In this document: one piece after another, positions 1 to 10,799 of the stretch
Layout: every line of letters begins with the position of its first letter
How positions within the stretch are numbered: the stretch's first letter is position 1
Assembly: GCA_964503105.1 (NCBI GenBank)
Contig: CAZCYW010000006.1
Location: forward strand, 15,276 to 79,275
Length of the DNA stretch: 64,000 nt
Origin: an uncultured Haloferacaceae archaeon
Lineage (GTDB): Archaea; Halobacteriota; Halobacteria; Halobacteriales; Haloferacaceae
Direction of reading: 5' to 3'
Program-made: the position numbers and the translations under genes
The notes under the pieces: generated by a model
The model's input: only the letters and a program-made list of their open reading frames with translations
Databases searched by the model: none
What the model was told of the DNA's origin: nothing

Positions 1-6
1 CACACC

Positions 7-1002
7 ATGACATTTTACGGCGGCACTGAACTGGCGACGGTGTACGACGACGCGCTCGGCGAGGGTTTTGGTCTCGTCGCAAGTAATATTGCAGAGCCGA
101 ATACGATGATCGGCCTGATCGAGGGAGCCGCACAGGTCGACTCCGATCTGCTGTTGCAGATGAGCAACGGGGCCTGTACGTTCGCCGGCAACGGCGATCC
201 GATTGCGGGGCTCAAAGCGATGGGCAACTATATCGAACTCATGGCCGAGCCGTACGACATTGGGGTCTTTCTCAATATGGACCACCAGACGAATCTCGAA
301 ACGATCGAACAACAGATCGACCTCGAGATTCCCTCCTCGATCATGATCGACGCCTCGCACGACCCCTTCGAGGAGAACGTCGAAAAAAGCAAACGAGTCG
401 TCGAGATGGTCAACGAAGCCGGTGCGGATATTCTCGTTGAGGCCGAACTCGGGACGATCAAAGGCGTCGAAGACGAAATCGTTGCCGACGAAGCCTTCTA
501 TACTGACCCCGAGCAGGCGGTCGAATTCGTCGACCGAACCGGCTGTGACCTGCTGGCGATTTCGGTCGGCACCCAACACGGGGTTGCGAAAGGGAAAAAC
601 CTCGAACTACGACCCGATCTGACTGAGGAAATCCGGACGGCTCTGCGGGATCACGGCCTCGATACACCGCTCGTGCTCCATGGCTCTTCGGGCGTCCAGC
701 CCGACCAGCTCCAAGAAATGTTGACCCACGGCATCTGTAAGGTCAACAAAGACACCCGGTATCAGTATGAGTACACTCGGACGGCATTCGATCTCTACCG
801 GAGCCACACCGACGAAATCGTTCCCCCGGAGGGAATCGAGGACCACCGCGATAGCTTCTTTAACGACGTCGAATGGTCGCCAAACAAGGATCACTTCGAT
901 CCCCGCGTTGGCGGCCGACTCATTCGCGACCGGATCGCCGACGTCTATGCCGATCTGGCGACAACCGCCGGCAGCGCCGGCCGCAGCAAATTCAGCGGCT
1001 AG
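7..1002 (+). CDS. fba: fructose-bisphosphate aldolase, class II (Zn-dependent)
   Basis: 331-aa ORF from an ATG at nt 7; class II aldolase family hallmarks (GxTxxAxVYDD N-terminus, DxSH and HGSSG motifs), acidic halophile composition. Confidence 0.8.
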   Translation: MTFYGGTELATVYDDALGEGFGLVASNIAEPNTMIGLIEGAAQVDSDLLLQMSNGACTFAGNGDPIAGLKAMGNYIELMAEPYDIGVFLNMDHQTNLETIEQQIDLEIPSSIMIDASHDPFEENVEKSKRVVEMVNEAGADILVEAELGTIKGVEDEIVADEAFYTDPEQAVEFVDRTGCDLLAISVGTQHGVAKGKNLELRPDLTEEIRTALRDHGLDTPLVLHGSSGVQPDQLQEMLTHGICKVNKDTRYQYEYTRTAFDLYRSHTDEIVPPEGIEDHRDSFFNDVEWSPNKDHFDPRVGGRLIRDRIADVYADLATTAGSAGRSKFSG

Positions 1003-1077
1003 GTTCGATCGTCGACCGCAGTCTGCGGTGGGTTTTTCGAGGGATGGACTTTTGAGCTGAGAGGCCACCTATCGAGT

Positions 1078-2115
1078 ATGAAAGCCGCACTGTTCCATGG
1101 ACCCGGCGACATTCGTGTCGAGTCAGCCGACAGACCTACGCTCGAATCCCCAACCGGGGCAATAATCCGAGTCACCCATACCGCGATCTGTGGTTCTGAC
1201 CTCTGGTTTTATCGTGGCGACAGCGACCGCGACGTTCCCTCGCCGGTTGGCCACGAACCGATGGGCATTGTCGAAGAAGTCGGCGACCAAGTCGTCTCTG
1301 TCAAGCCCGGCGACCGGGTGTTCGCGCCGTTCGTCATCAGCTGTGGGCAGTGTGAGTACTGCCGAAAGGGGCTGCACACCTCCTGTCGAAACGGCGGCGG
1401 CTGGGGCGGCGACAACGGCGGCTGTCAGGGCGAATACATTCGCTGTCCACAGGCTGATGGGACGCTCGTCCGCGTTCCCGACCGCCACGCGAATGACGAA
1501 GACACCCTCCAGGCGCTGATGCCACTAACCGATGTAATGGGAACCGGTCACCACGCAGCCGTCAGCGCCGGCGTCGACACCGGCGCAACCTGTGCGGTCG
1601 TCGGTGACGGGGCAGTCGGGCTCTGTGGCGTGCTTGCGGCCCGCCGGCTCGGAGCCGAGCGGATTATCGCTATCGGCCACCACGAGGATCGCCTCGCGCT
1701 CGCCGAGGAATTTGGCGCGACCGACCTCGTCAGCGAACGCGGCGAGGACGCTATCGATCGGGTGAACGAACTCACGCACGGTGGCGTCAACCACGTCTTA
1801 GAGTGTGTTGGAGCGACCACCTCGATGGAGACCGCAATCGGGATTTCTCGGCCCGGCGGCACCGTCGGCTACGTTGGGGTTCCACACGGGATGGGCGAGG
1901 GCCTCGATCTCGACCCGTTTTTCCGCGCGAACGTCGCACTTCGCGGTGGTGTCGCCCCCGTCCGCGCCTACGCAGACGAACTGATGGCCGACGTCCTGCA
2001 GGGAACGCTCGATCCCTCACCCGTGTTTACGAAAACTGTCGACCTCGACGGCGTCCCGGAGGGCTACCGGGCGATGGACGAACGCGAGGCGATCAAGGTG
2101 CTCGTCAAACCCTAA
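1078..2115 (+). CDS. Zn-dependent alcohol dehydrogenase (MDR superfamily)
   Basis: 345 aa; GHEPMGIVEEVG catalytic-Zn motif, structural-Zn cysteine cluster CGQCEYCRKGLHTSC, Rossmann GDGAVG. Confidence 0.8.
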   Translation: MKAALFHGPGDIRVESADRPTLESPTGAIIRVTHTAICGSDLWFYRGDSDRDVPSPVGHEPMGIVEEVGDQVVSVKPGDRVFAPFVISCGQCEYCRKGLHTSCRNGGGWGGDNGGCQGEYIRCPQADGTLVRVPDRHANDEDTLQALMPLTDVMGTGHHAAVSAGVDTGATCAVVGDGAVGLCGVLAARRLGAERIIAIGHHEDRLALAEEFGATDLVSERGEDAIDRVNELTHGGVNHVLECVGATTSMETAIGISRPGGTVGYVGVPHGMGEGLDLDPFFRANVALRGGVAPVRAYADELMADVLQGTLDPSPVFTKTVDLDGVPEGYRAMDEREAIKVLVKP

Positions 2116-2158
2116 CCAGTCGGTGCACAACAGCCGAAAAAAGGGGGACAGACGGCTG

Positions 2159-3295
2159 CTACCGTTCGTCAACCGGGACAAACGTCTCGTTTTTCGGGCC
2201 GGTATAGCGGGCTCGCGGTCGAATGAGGCGGTTGTCCTCCCACTGTTCAAGAATGTGGGCGATCCAGCCGCCGACCCGGGAGACGGCGAAAATCGGGGTG
2301 TAAAGATCGATTGGGATGCCCATCTGATAGTAGGTCGTCGCCGAGTAGAAATCGACATTCGGCGCGAGGCCTTTCTCTTCGGCAATATACTCCTCGATAG
2401 CGACCGACATCTCGTACCACTTGCGGTCGCCGGCGGCCTCGCCGAGCGCTTCGCTTTCTTCGCCCAGAATCTTCGCGCGAGGGTCTTTGACGTTGTAGAC
2501 GCGGTGGCCGAAGCCCGCAACTCGCTCGCCGCGTTCGAGCGCGTCGACAACCCAGTCGACGGGGTCTTTCTCGCTCTCGTCGATCGACTGCAACATCCGC
2601 ATTACGTTGGCGTTGGCTCCGCCGTGAAGACTCCCTGAGAGGGTGCCAATCGCGGCGGTGACACCGCTGTGGAGATCCGCGAGCGTCGAGGTCGTCACGA
2701 GTGCCGAAAACGTCGAGGCGTTGAGACCATGATCCGCGTGCAAGACGAGCGCCATGTCGAAGGTTTCCGCAAGGACGTCATCGGGTTCCTCGTCGTTGAG
2801 CATATAGAGGAAGTTGGCCGCGTGGCTGAGGTCCTCGCGTGGGGCGACCGGCTCGTTGCCGTTGCGAATTCGGTTGTAGGCTGCGAGCGCGGTCGGCATT
2901 TTTGCGGTGATCCGGCGACTCTTGCGGTCGTTTGCCATCGAGTTCGTCACGTCGGCATCGGCGTCGGGGTCGTATGCCGAAAGCGCGGAGGTGATTGTTC
3001 GGACGGCGGCCATCGGTTCTTCCTCGGCTTCGGCCAGCTCGCGAACGATATCGAGGACGCCATCGCGTAGTTCGCGTGCCTCGACCATCTGTTGAGAAAA
3101 GTCATCGAGCTGCTCGCGGGTTGGCAGCTCACCATGCCAGAGTAAATAGAGCGTCTCCTCGTAGCTGGCCTCGCGGGCAAGCTCCTCGATGGTGTAGCCG
3201 CGGTAGATTAGCTGTCCGTCGTCCCCATCGATGTAGCTTAGATCGGACTCAGCGACAAGCACGCCTTCGAGTCCCCGCTTCAGCTCCGTAGACAT
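2159..3295 (-). CDS. citZ: citrate synthase
   Basis: 378 aa; full-length similarity to archaeal/bacterial type II citrate synthases (LVLHADHGLNASTF, GFGHRVY motifs). Confidence 0.85.
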   Translation of the reverse strand: MSTELKRGLEGVLVAESDLSYIDGDDGQLIYRGYTIEELAREASYEETLYLLWHGELPTREQLDDFSQQMVEARELRDGVLDIVRELAEAEEEPMAAVRTITSALSAYDPDADADVTNSMANDRKSRRITAKMPTALAAYNRIRNGNEPVAPREDLSHAANFLYMLNDEEPDDVLAETFDMALVLHADHGLNASTFSALVTTSTLADLHSGVTAAIGTLSGSLHGGANANVMRMLQSIDESEKDPVDWVVDALERGERVAGFGHRVYNVKDPRAKILGEESEALGEAAGDRKWYEMSVAIEEYIAEEKGLAPNVDFYSATTYYQMGIPIDLYTPIFAVSRVGGWIAHILEQWEDNRLIRPRARYTGPKNETFVPVDER

Positions 3296-3493
3296 ACCTC
3301 AACATTCCCGGTAGCCTCAAAAAAGCGTTATCGTTTAGGAAGCGGCCGCTGTATTTCACGTCTTGAGACATTCTGTGCACGAAAATTGTACGTCTCATAG
3401 TACGGACGACGAGTGAAGAACGCATGTTAACCGCCCAAACGACCATGCACAACGACTCGACGATTGTGTCTCGTTGAGAGTGAAACCAGGTTG

Positions 3494-5383
3494 TTAGGCA
3501 GTCGCGACGGTGATCTGCTGTTTGCGGTCGATAGCGTCTTCGAGTTCTTCGGCAATCGCCGAGCCACGCGAAATCTGGATGTCACCGCCGCGGCCAACCG
3601 TCGCGGTAAACAAGTACTCGTCGTTGGCACGGACCTCAACGGTCTCGCCGACGTGGTTGTCCATCCGGATGACGACGTGGCGCGCCGTGATTTCGGGCTG
3701 GACGACTTCGCCGGCGGGCTGGATTTCGCTGTTTCCACCGGCTGAGGCCGCGGCACCGCTCGCCGGTTTTGCATGTGGGTTGTCTTCGTGCGTTCGAACG
3801 TCGATGTCGATGCCGAGTCGGTCCTCAATGTCGCTGATCCGGCCCCCGCCTTTGCCAATGACATAGGAGATGTCGCGCTCTTCGACGTAGACGACGGCGG
3901 TGTTTTGGCCCTTGAGATCGACCGTGACGTGACCGCGGGCGACCGACCGAATTTCGCGTTCGATCTCCTGTTTGGCGATTCGGTCGACACCGGTGTCCCG
4001 GCCCTCCTCGTCGGTGAGTGGAACGGTCACGACCTGGCGGTTGAACGTGTAGATTTCGTATGCCGGCTTGCCGGTCTCGAAGTCCGTAATCTGGATAACC
4101 GGCCGGGCGAGATCCTCGGCGGTGAGTCCCTCGGGCACTTTGACTTCGGTTTTAACGTTGTAAACCGTATGAACCTGGCCGGCTTCGATGTAGATGACCG
4201 TATCGACGACCTGTGGGATCATCCCGAGTTCGACACGGCCGACGAGCCGCTGGAGGGCGTCGATCGCGCGCGTGGCGTGGACAACGCCGACCATACCGAC
4301 ACCTGCGAGCCGCATATCCGCAAAGACGCCGAAGTCCTCAGTTTTTCTGACCTCGTCGTAGATGGTGTAATCAGGTCGGACAAGCAGGAGTGAGTCGGCG
4401 GTTTTCGCCATATCGCCAGCAAGGGCGGTATACTGGGTGATTTCAGGGCCGACCTGGAGATCCCGCGGTTTTTCCATGGTTTTGACCGCATACTCGTTGT
4501 CGTTGAGGAATTCGGCGACCGCTTGCGCGAAGGTCGATTTGCCGGCTCCGGGTGAGCCCGCAATCAGGACGCCGCGTTGCCGTTCGAGCAGCCGGTCTCT
4601 GAGGTCGTCGGCGAACTCGTAGTCTTCGAGCGTCGTTTTCGCAATCGGCCGGACCGCCGTGATTTCGATGCCATCAGCAAACGGCGGGCGGGCGACCGCA
4701 ATCCGGTAATCGCGGTACTGGATGATCATCATCCCTGGCTCCGACAGTTCGACAAAGCCCTCGCGACTGGTTCGGGCAAGCGCTTCAATCTCGTCGGCCC
4801 ACTCGTCCATCTGTTCGTCACTGGAGACGGTGTCGTCGATGAGTTTGTAGCTCATCCCGTCGAGCGCCCCACGTTTTGCCTTCGGACGAGTATCGGTTTT
4901 GAGATGGACGCTCATCGTCTCCTCGTCGAAAAAGTTCGCAATCGGGAGTCCTTCATCGCCGTGGACTTCCGGTTCGATGTATTCGACGGCGAGCCCTTTG
5001 GCTTTCGCGACCTCCGACTGGACGATATCGCTCGATAGGAGCGTCGCCTCGTTGGCCTCGGCAACGTCGCGGATGATCGCATCCACGTCGCCCTCGCTTG
5101 CGCCAGCCTGTTCAGCACTGCTGGCACGGCGGCCAACGTAGTCGAGATCGATCGTTCCCTCGTCGGCAAAGCCGGTGAGCCGTTGGAGTTCTTCGAGGCC
5201 GTTCCAGCCGCTGTCGTAGCCGGCGTTGGCCTGTGATTCGAGTTCGCCGACGACCGCCTCGGGAACGAGAATCGTCGCTCCCGCGTAGCTGCCCTCGTCG
5301 ATTCGCTCGGACACACGACCGTCGATAATCGCGCTCGTGTCCGGCACTATTTTCATACCTCTCGGTAGTCCGGGCGCACTCAT
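3494..5383 (-). CDS. PIN-domain ATPase with C-terminal KH domain (PilT/PhoH-like archaeal ATPase)
   Basis: 629 aa; N-terminal PIN-like (KIVPDTSAIIDG), central P-loop ATPase (IAGSPGAGKSTF), C-terminal KH-like (VIGKGGGRISDIE). True start may be the internal MKIV at nt 5356. Confidence 0.7.
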   Translation of the reverse strand: MSAPGLPRGMKIVPDTSAIIDGRVSERIDEGSYAGATILVPEAVVGELESQANAGYDSGWNGLEELQRLTGFADEGTIDLDYVGRRASSAEQAGASEGDVDAIIRDVAEANEATLLSSDIVQSEVAKAKGLAVEYIEPEVHGDEGLPIANFFDEETMSVHLKTDTRPKAKRGALDGMSYKLIDDTVSSDEQMDEWADEIEALARTSREGFVELSEPGMMIIQYRDYRIAVARPPFADGIEITAVRPIAKTTLEDYEFADDLRDRLLERQRGVLIAGSPGAGKSTFAQAVAEFLNDNEYAVKTMEKPRDLQVGPEITQYTALAGDMAKTADSLLLVRPDYTIYDEVRKTEDFGVFADMRLAGVGMVGVVHATRAIDALQRLVGRVELGMIPQVVDTVIYIEAGQVHTVYNVKTEVKVPEGLTAEDLARPVIQITDFETGKPAYEIYTFNRQVVTVPLTDEEGRDTGVDRIAKQEIEREIRSVARGHVTVDLKGQNTAVVYVEERDISYVIGKGGGRISDIEDRLGIDIDVRTHEDNPHAKPASGAAASAGGNSEIQPAGEVVQPEITARHVVIRMDNHVGETVEVRANDEYLFTATVGRGGDIQISRGSAIAEELEDAIDRKQQITVATA

Positions 5384-5458
5384 AAGGGTGGTGAGTCAGC
5401 GAGCCACACAACGGTGGACACGCTTGCGAACGGAGTGGCAGTGGAGGAGGGTACCCAG

Positions 5459-6364
5459 TTAGCTACTGAGCCGTGGATCGACGACATTGTCGGTCCCGTC
5501 GTCGGTGACAACCCGAAACGTCTCTTTGTCGGGATGTTTGATCGTGTAGGCCAGCAGGCTCGAAAAGCCGTTGTCACCCGGATGCAGCCCCAGGCCGCTG
5601 CCAGCGCCGACCAGTCCCGGTGGCTGTTCGTCGAGGGTCTCGGCCCACCAGTCGGGTTCGAAAAACAGCGTCGCGATCTCCATGTGCTTGGCCTCGTGAG
5701 TGAACAGATACGAGCCCTCACCGAGTAGCCCCCAGAGTTCGCCTACGGCAGTTTCGGCCGACGAGCGAAGCCCAACATCGAGAAACGCCAGGACGACCGG
5801 TTGCTCGAAAGAGGGCATCGTCTCTTCGAAGTAGCCGACTTCGAACCGACAGGCATCGAGCTCACCGTATCGGCGGATGTTTTCACGGACTTCCTGGAGG
5901 GTCCCGCCCCATGAGTCACTGTCGTAGAGATGGATCTGTTCGGAGCCGATCAGCAGATGTTCGCGGTCCGTTTCATCGGGCTCTGGCATCCCCTCGAAGG
6001 AATCAAAGACGACCAGTTCGCGGCCACAGAGCCCTGCAACCAGCGAGAGGTTGGCCGTGCTTCCCCCTTTGTACGCGCCACATTCGACCAGACAGCCCTC
6101 GCGGTCGGCCGGAATCGATAGTATTTTGCTTGCGATAACGAGGTGTTCGACGAACGACGATCCGGTTGGAATTCGGAGGTTGTTTCGAAGCATACGGCCA
6201 GCCATCAGCAGTTTATCGCCCGTGCCGACACCGTACTGTCGGCCCGTCTGTGGGCGAAAATACTCGCCAAGAATAATCGGAAGACTCAGAACCAACAGTC
6301 CGAGTCGGTATCCCTTCGCAACACGACCTTTGAGTCGCTTTAGCTCACGCTTCATATACAACAT
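5459..6364 (-). CDS. TylF/MycF-family SAM-dependent O-methyltransferase (macrocin O-MT-like)
   Basis: 301 aa; LVECGAYKGGST nucleotide-binding motif and overall TylF-family architecture. Confidence 0.6.
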   Translation of the reverse strand: MLYMKRELKRLKGRVAKGYRLGLLVLSLPIILGEYFRPQTGRQYGVGTGDKLLMAGRMLRNNLRIPTGSSFVEHLVIASKILSIPADREGCLVECGAYKGGSTANLSLVAGLCGRELVVFDSFEGMPEPDETDREHLLIGSEQIHLYDSDSWGGTLQEVRENIRRYGELDACRFEVGYFEETMPSFEQPVVLAFLDVGLRSSAETAVGELWGLLGEGSYLFTHEAKHMEIATLFFEPDWWAETLDEQPPGLVGAGSGLGLHPGDNGFSSLLAYTIKHPDKETFRVVTDDGTDNVVDPRLSS

Positions 6365-6590
6365 CCCTCTCGGTGACGGCTTTGTAATGCGGCAGTTGTT
6401 TGTGACTGGCCATGATGGGTGTCAGCTGTGACCGTCGGTCGGTCGGCTACCGCAGGTCGATATCAAAAAAAAGCCGGGTAAGTCGCTCTTATACCATGGC
6501 GTTCGCTGACAGGTGAACAGGACAGACAGTGCCGAGATGGATAGTGTCGCGAGGAACGGTGTCAAGAGGGATGGTATCGAAACAGGCCGG

Positions 6591-7790
6591 TTACGACGTA
6601 TCTCGTTCGGCAAATGTTTCGCTCCAGTTGTCCGAGTCGTCGATCCGTCTTCCCGCGACCTGCCAAGCACTCTCATCAGTCGGATCGGCGTTCGGGCGGG
6701 TTGTCAACACTGAATCGAACGTTGTGAGTTTCGAAAGGGGTGGCCGGTCGTCCCGAATAAAGCCTGCTGCAGCAAGAATCTCGTGGGGAATGGCCCCCTC
6801 GCTGACCGCAAACAGATCCGTCTCGGGATGTGTTGAAACGAGCGTTCGAATACCGGCTCGGAGTGCGGTTTTCCATCGCGCCCCGCCGGTAAGCGGTGCG
6901 ACATCGACGATTTGTGTCAGCCGAATCGAATCGCTGGTTGTCCGTGTCCGGCCGATGATCGCGGCAATGAGTCCCGAATCATCGCTCATGAGGTAGGTTC
7001 GTCGCTGCCAGACCGGACTGGCAAATCGCCACTGAATGAACTCCCGTGAACGGTCCGCATGGATGATCGGTGGCTTCCGGCGGCGGTGTAAGGTTTCGAG
7101 CTGTGTGTGCGCGATCCCGTCGATCATTCGTGTCGTGATTCCGTCTGGATCGGGGGCAAATGCCTCTCTAACGGTGTAATAGCCCTGCAAGAATGGGGTC
7201 ACAGCCCCCATGAGTAGCTTTTGGGCCGGTTTCGAGCCGTTTTGCATCGCCGTTGGCCGTTCAACCCGGTAATAGGTCACTTCAGGACTCACCGCTCGCC
7301 AGCCGAGTTTGAGATAGCCCGGACGCGCATACTCGTTGGGGAAATTAAAGAAAAACGTCGGTGATCGGTCAGCGTAATACGAGAGTGCAGCCCGGTTCAT
7401 CTGCGCGAAGACGCCGGCTCGACGGTGGTCGGGGTGGACCATGGTGTCGGCCGGCTGAAACGCGGCAACACGTCGGTTACCGATCCGAAGCCGAAAGGCG
7501 ATAAATGGCCGGGCACCGACGATCGTGTCGTCGGCTTCGGCGACAAAAATCGGGACGTGATCGACAAACGGGTTGGTGACGTATTTCCATCGAAACCACG
7601 CAGCGCCGCGGTCGCGGCCCCAAATAGTACTGTCGAGACGCAAAAATCCCGCAAGGTCGTCTGGCTCATACGGGCGAACCGTATACCCCTCCGGTGGCAC
7701 CGCTGAATCGGATGAATCATTCGACAACACAGTGTATTTTACACCGCAATGGCGGTTTGTTATAGATTCTGTAGTGACGCCGTAGTACAC
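6591..7790 (-). CDS. two-domain GNAT-family N-acetyltransferase (Eis/MshD-like architecture)
   Basis: 399-aa ORF; N-terminal GNAT core (HPDHRRAGVFAQMN acetyl-CoA motif) plus a second GNAT-like C-terminal half; exact start uncertain. Confidence 0.5.
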   Translation of the reverse strand: MYYGVTTESITNRHCGVKYTVLSNDSSDSAVPPEGYTVRPYEPDDLAGFLRLDSTIWGRDRGAAWFRWKYVTNPFVDHVPIFVAEADDTIVGARPFIAFRLRIGNRRVAAFQPADTMVHPDHRRAGVFAQMNRAALSYYADRSPTFFFNFPNEYARPGYLKLGWRAVSPEVTYYRVERPTAMQNGSKPAQKLLMGAVTPFLQGYYTVREAFAPDPDGITTRMIDGIAHTQLETLHRRRKPPIIHADRSREFIQWRFASPVWQRRTYLMSDDSGLIAAIIGRTRTTSDSIRLTQIVDVAPLTGGARWKTALRAGIRTLVSTHPETDLFAVSEGAIPHEILAAAGFIRDDRPPLSKLTTFDSVLTTRPNADPTDESAWQVAGRRIDDSDNWSETFAERDTS

Positions 7791-7942
7791 GGAATCTCTC
7801 TCGCTGTCGGCTACCTATCGAGAATACCGAGCCACAACACCAACTTACTTTTCCACAAAAAAGAGAGCCTCGTGACTCCCAACAGGCCGCCACAATCGAC
7901 TCCACGACGAGACTTTTTGATGCTCGGCTGTCGTCATTTCGT

Positions 7943-9091
7943 ATGAACCGTAGTGAAATCGTCTCGCTGACAACGTCGCTCGTGGAAATTGCGAGCCACG
8001 AGGACGAGACCGCCGTTGGCGACGAGATCGAATCGTGGCTCCGAACTGAAACCAGTGGATCGGTTCGGCGTGATACCGCCGGCAACGTGATCGCCCGCAG
8101 ACAGCCGACCGAATCAGCCAATCGAGAGGATCGCGACGAGCAGGCCGAACGCGACACCACCGAGCCGACCGAACACACCTCGCTCGCGCTTGTTGGCCAC
8201 CATGATGTGGTCCCACCGGCGGAAAGACAGGTCAATGAAAGCGGGGACTACCGCGTTGAAGCGCACAACGGCCGGCTGTATGGCCGCGGAACCGCAGATA
8301 TGAAAGGCCCGTTGGCGGCAGCCATGCTCGCGTTTCGCGATGCGGAGCCACAAGCCGAACTCGTCTTTGCGAGCTTTGTCGGCGAAGAACAGGGCGGACT
8401 CGGCGCACAGCAGGCGATCGAAGAAGGCTTCGCACCCACGCGAGCCATCGTCGTGGAGGGGTCGACCGGCTACTCAGCGCCGGGCGTGCTCGATGTGGCG
8501 GTCGCCCACAAAGGTCGCCGCGGAAGCACGATCACCGCCACCGGGCGCGCCGGCCACGCGAGTCGGCCCGAGGCTGCCGACAACGCGGTCTACCGAGCTT
8601 GCGACGCCATCGAGATCGTCCGGTCGCTCGAAGCCCCCGAGACAACCGTCCTAGACAACACGCTCGCCGGCAGCGTTGCCGTCACTGAAATCGACGGCGG
8701 GTCGGCCTGGAACGTGATTCCCGAGCGGTGTACGGTGACGATTGATGAACGAACCGTTCCAGGTGAAACAGCCGCGCTCGACCAGGTTGAATCCGTCGAG
8801 GGCGTCGAGTGGACCGTCGATCAGGAGCTGCCGTCGATGGCCTGTGGCGATTCCGCATTTGCCAACCGCGTGTGTGCGGCGGCGACGGCCGTCCAGCCGG
8901 GTAAGCCCGAACTCGTCGCCAAGCCACACGCAACCGACGCAGGCTGGCTCTCATCGGCGGGCACCGACTGCGTTGTCTGTGGGGCAGCCGAGCCAGGTGA
9001 AGCCCACACCGCCGACGAAAGCGTCTCGATCGAAGTGCTTGCATGGTCTTACGAACTCTACCGCCGGGTTGCCAGCGCGAAGATGAACTGA
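7943..9091 (+). CDS. M20-family metallopeptidase / deacylase (ArgE/DapE-like)
   Basis: 382 aa; HHDVVP, GRGTADMKG and EEQGG M20 motifs; contains an acidic low-complexity insertion (residues ~50-80). Confidence 0.75.
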   Translation: MNRSEIVSLTTSLVEIASHEDETAVGDEIESWLRTETSGSVRRDTAGNVIARRQPTESANREDRDEQAERDTTEPTEHTSLALVGHHDVVPPAERQVNESGDYRVEAHNGRLYGRGTADMKGPLAAAMLAFRDAEPQAELVFASFVGEEQGGLGAQQAIEEGFAPTRAIVVEGSTGYSAPGVLDVAVAHKGRRGSTITATGRAGHASRPEAADNAVYRACDAIEIVRSLEAPETTVLDNTLAGSVAVTEIDGGSAWNVIPERCTVTIDERTVPGETAALDQVESVEGVEWTVDQELPSMACGDSAFANRVCAAATAVQPGKPELVAKPHATDAGWLSSAGTDCVVCGAAEPGEAHTADESVSIEVLAWSYELYRRVASAKMN

Positions 9092-9220
9092 GCGGCTTCG
9101 TTCTGCACGGGGTGTTGACAATGAGAGCGACGAAATTGGACCCAACGGGGCCAAGCGTGGCGACAACGAGAGCGACGACACCGGCACTGTGTTGATACGT
9201 TCGCAGCCGAAACAGGGTCT

Positions 9221-10738
9221 ATGGCAACCGAAGCTGACACTCTCGAAACGCCGGAGGCATATTCAGAGTTACTGGACGAAATCGAGCGAATCAATGCAAT
9301 CCAGAGTGCAAGCGGCGTCCTCTCGTGGGACCAACAAGTGATGATGCCGAACGGTGGCACGCCCGCCCGTTCAAAACAGCTCTCGACGCTCTCGTCGGTC
9401 GCACACGAACTGCTCGTCGATGGCGACGTCGGCGACCATCTCGAAACGCTCTCGGAGGCGTCACTGACTGATGAACAAGCCGCCGTCGTCCGTGAGATTC
9501 GCCGGCAGTATGTTCGAGCCGAACGGGTTCCCAGCGAGCTTGTCGAGGCGATTTCGACGGCCACCTCCGAGGCGCTTGGGGCATGGGAGACGGCTCGCGA
9601 GACCGACGACTTCGAGACGTTCGCCCCACATCTCGAGCAGTTAGTCGAGCTCAAACGGGAGTACGCCGCCCATATCGACCCCGATGCCGACCCCTATGCG
9701 GTGCTCTTTGCGGATTACGAGCCCTGTTTGGAACTCTCGCAGGTCGAAGCGATCCTTGATGAGCTTCGAGAAACCCTGGTGCCGCTTATCGAAGACATCC
9801 GCGCAAGCGACGCCGACCTTGCAACCGACGCCTTTTCGGGCACCTACGAAACCGACGCCCAAGAAGCCCTTTCGCGCGACGTACTTGACCTGTTGAACTA
9901 CGATTTCGGCCGTGGACGACTCGATGTCTCGACGCATCCGTTTACTTCGGGCAACCAGTTCGACTGCCGGGTGACGACGCGGTTCGACGAGGCCGACCCG
10001 ATCGGCGCGCTTACCTCGACAATTCACGAATTCGGCCACGCCTTCTACGTCTTGGGGCTACCCGACGAGCAGTTCGGCACACCGCTGGGTGAAGACCGCA
10101 ATCTCTCGGTACACGAATCACAGTCCCGGCTCTGGGAGAACCATATCGGCCGGTCGGCGGCGTTTTGGGAGCTTCTTTTGCCACGATTCACCGAAACGTT
10201 CCCACAGGCTGAGTCGGTCTCCCCGCGAGCGGCCTACGAGGCAGCCAACCAGGTCTACGAGGAGAACTTCATCCGCGTTGAGGCCGACGAACTCACCTAC
10301 CATCTACACATCATTGTCCGCTTTGAGATCGAGCGCGAACTGATTGGTGGCGACCTTGCCGTTGAGGACGTACCTGTACGGTGGAATGAACTCTACGAGG
10401 AGTATCTCGGGATTACGCCTCCCTCGGATACGATGGGTTGTCTCCAGGATATTCACTGGAGCCATGGCAGTTTTGGCTACTTCCCGACCTACTCGCTGGG
10501 CAGCGTGATGGCCGCCCAACTCTACGGGGCTGCGGAAGCTGACATCGGAAACCTCGAAACCAAGACACGCGAGGGCGACTTCGAGCCACTGGGCCAGTGG
10601 CTTCGTGAGCACATTCACCGACACGGCAAGCGCTATGAGACGAACGAACTGGTCGTCGAGGCGACCGGTGAGGACTTCAGCGCCGAGGCGTTTGTCGACT
10701 ACGTGACCAACAAATACGGCGAGTTGTACGAGCTGTAA
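9221..10738 (+). CDS. carboxypeptidase Taq-like metallopeptidase (M32)
   Basis: 505 aa; HEFGHAFY zinc motif (HExxH), DxRxT and IRVEADELTYHLHI motifs typical of M32. Confidence 0.85.
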   Translation: MATEADTLETPEAYSELLDEIERINAIQSASGVLSWDQQVMMPNGGTPARSKQLSTLSSVAHELLVDGDVGDHLETLSEASLTDEQAAVVREIRRQYVRAERVPSELVEAISTATSEALGAWETARETDDFETFAPHLEQLVELKREYAAHIDPDADPYAVLFADYEPCLELSQVEAILDELRETLVPLIEDIRASDADLATDAFSGTYETDAQEALSRDVLDLLNYDFGRGRLDVSTHPFTSGNQFDCRVTTRFDEADPIGALTSTIHEFGHAFYVLGLPDEQFGTPLGEDRNLSVHESQSRLWENHIGRSAAFWELLLPRFTETFPQAESVSPRAAYEAANQVYEENFIRVEADELTYHLHIIVRFEIERELIGGDLAVEDVPVRWNELYEEYLGITPPSDTMGCLQDIHWSHGSFGYFPTYSLGSVMAAQLYGAAEADIGNLETKTREGDFEPLGQWLREHIHRHGKRYETNELVVEATGEDFSAEAFVDYVTNKYGELYEL

Positions 10739-10799
10739 TCGCAGACTAGTGTCCGGAGGAGGCACTGTTTTGGGCCTACACGTCATTGAGAGCGACAGT

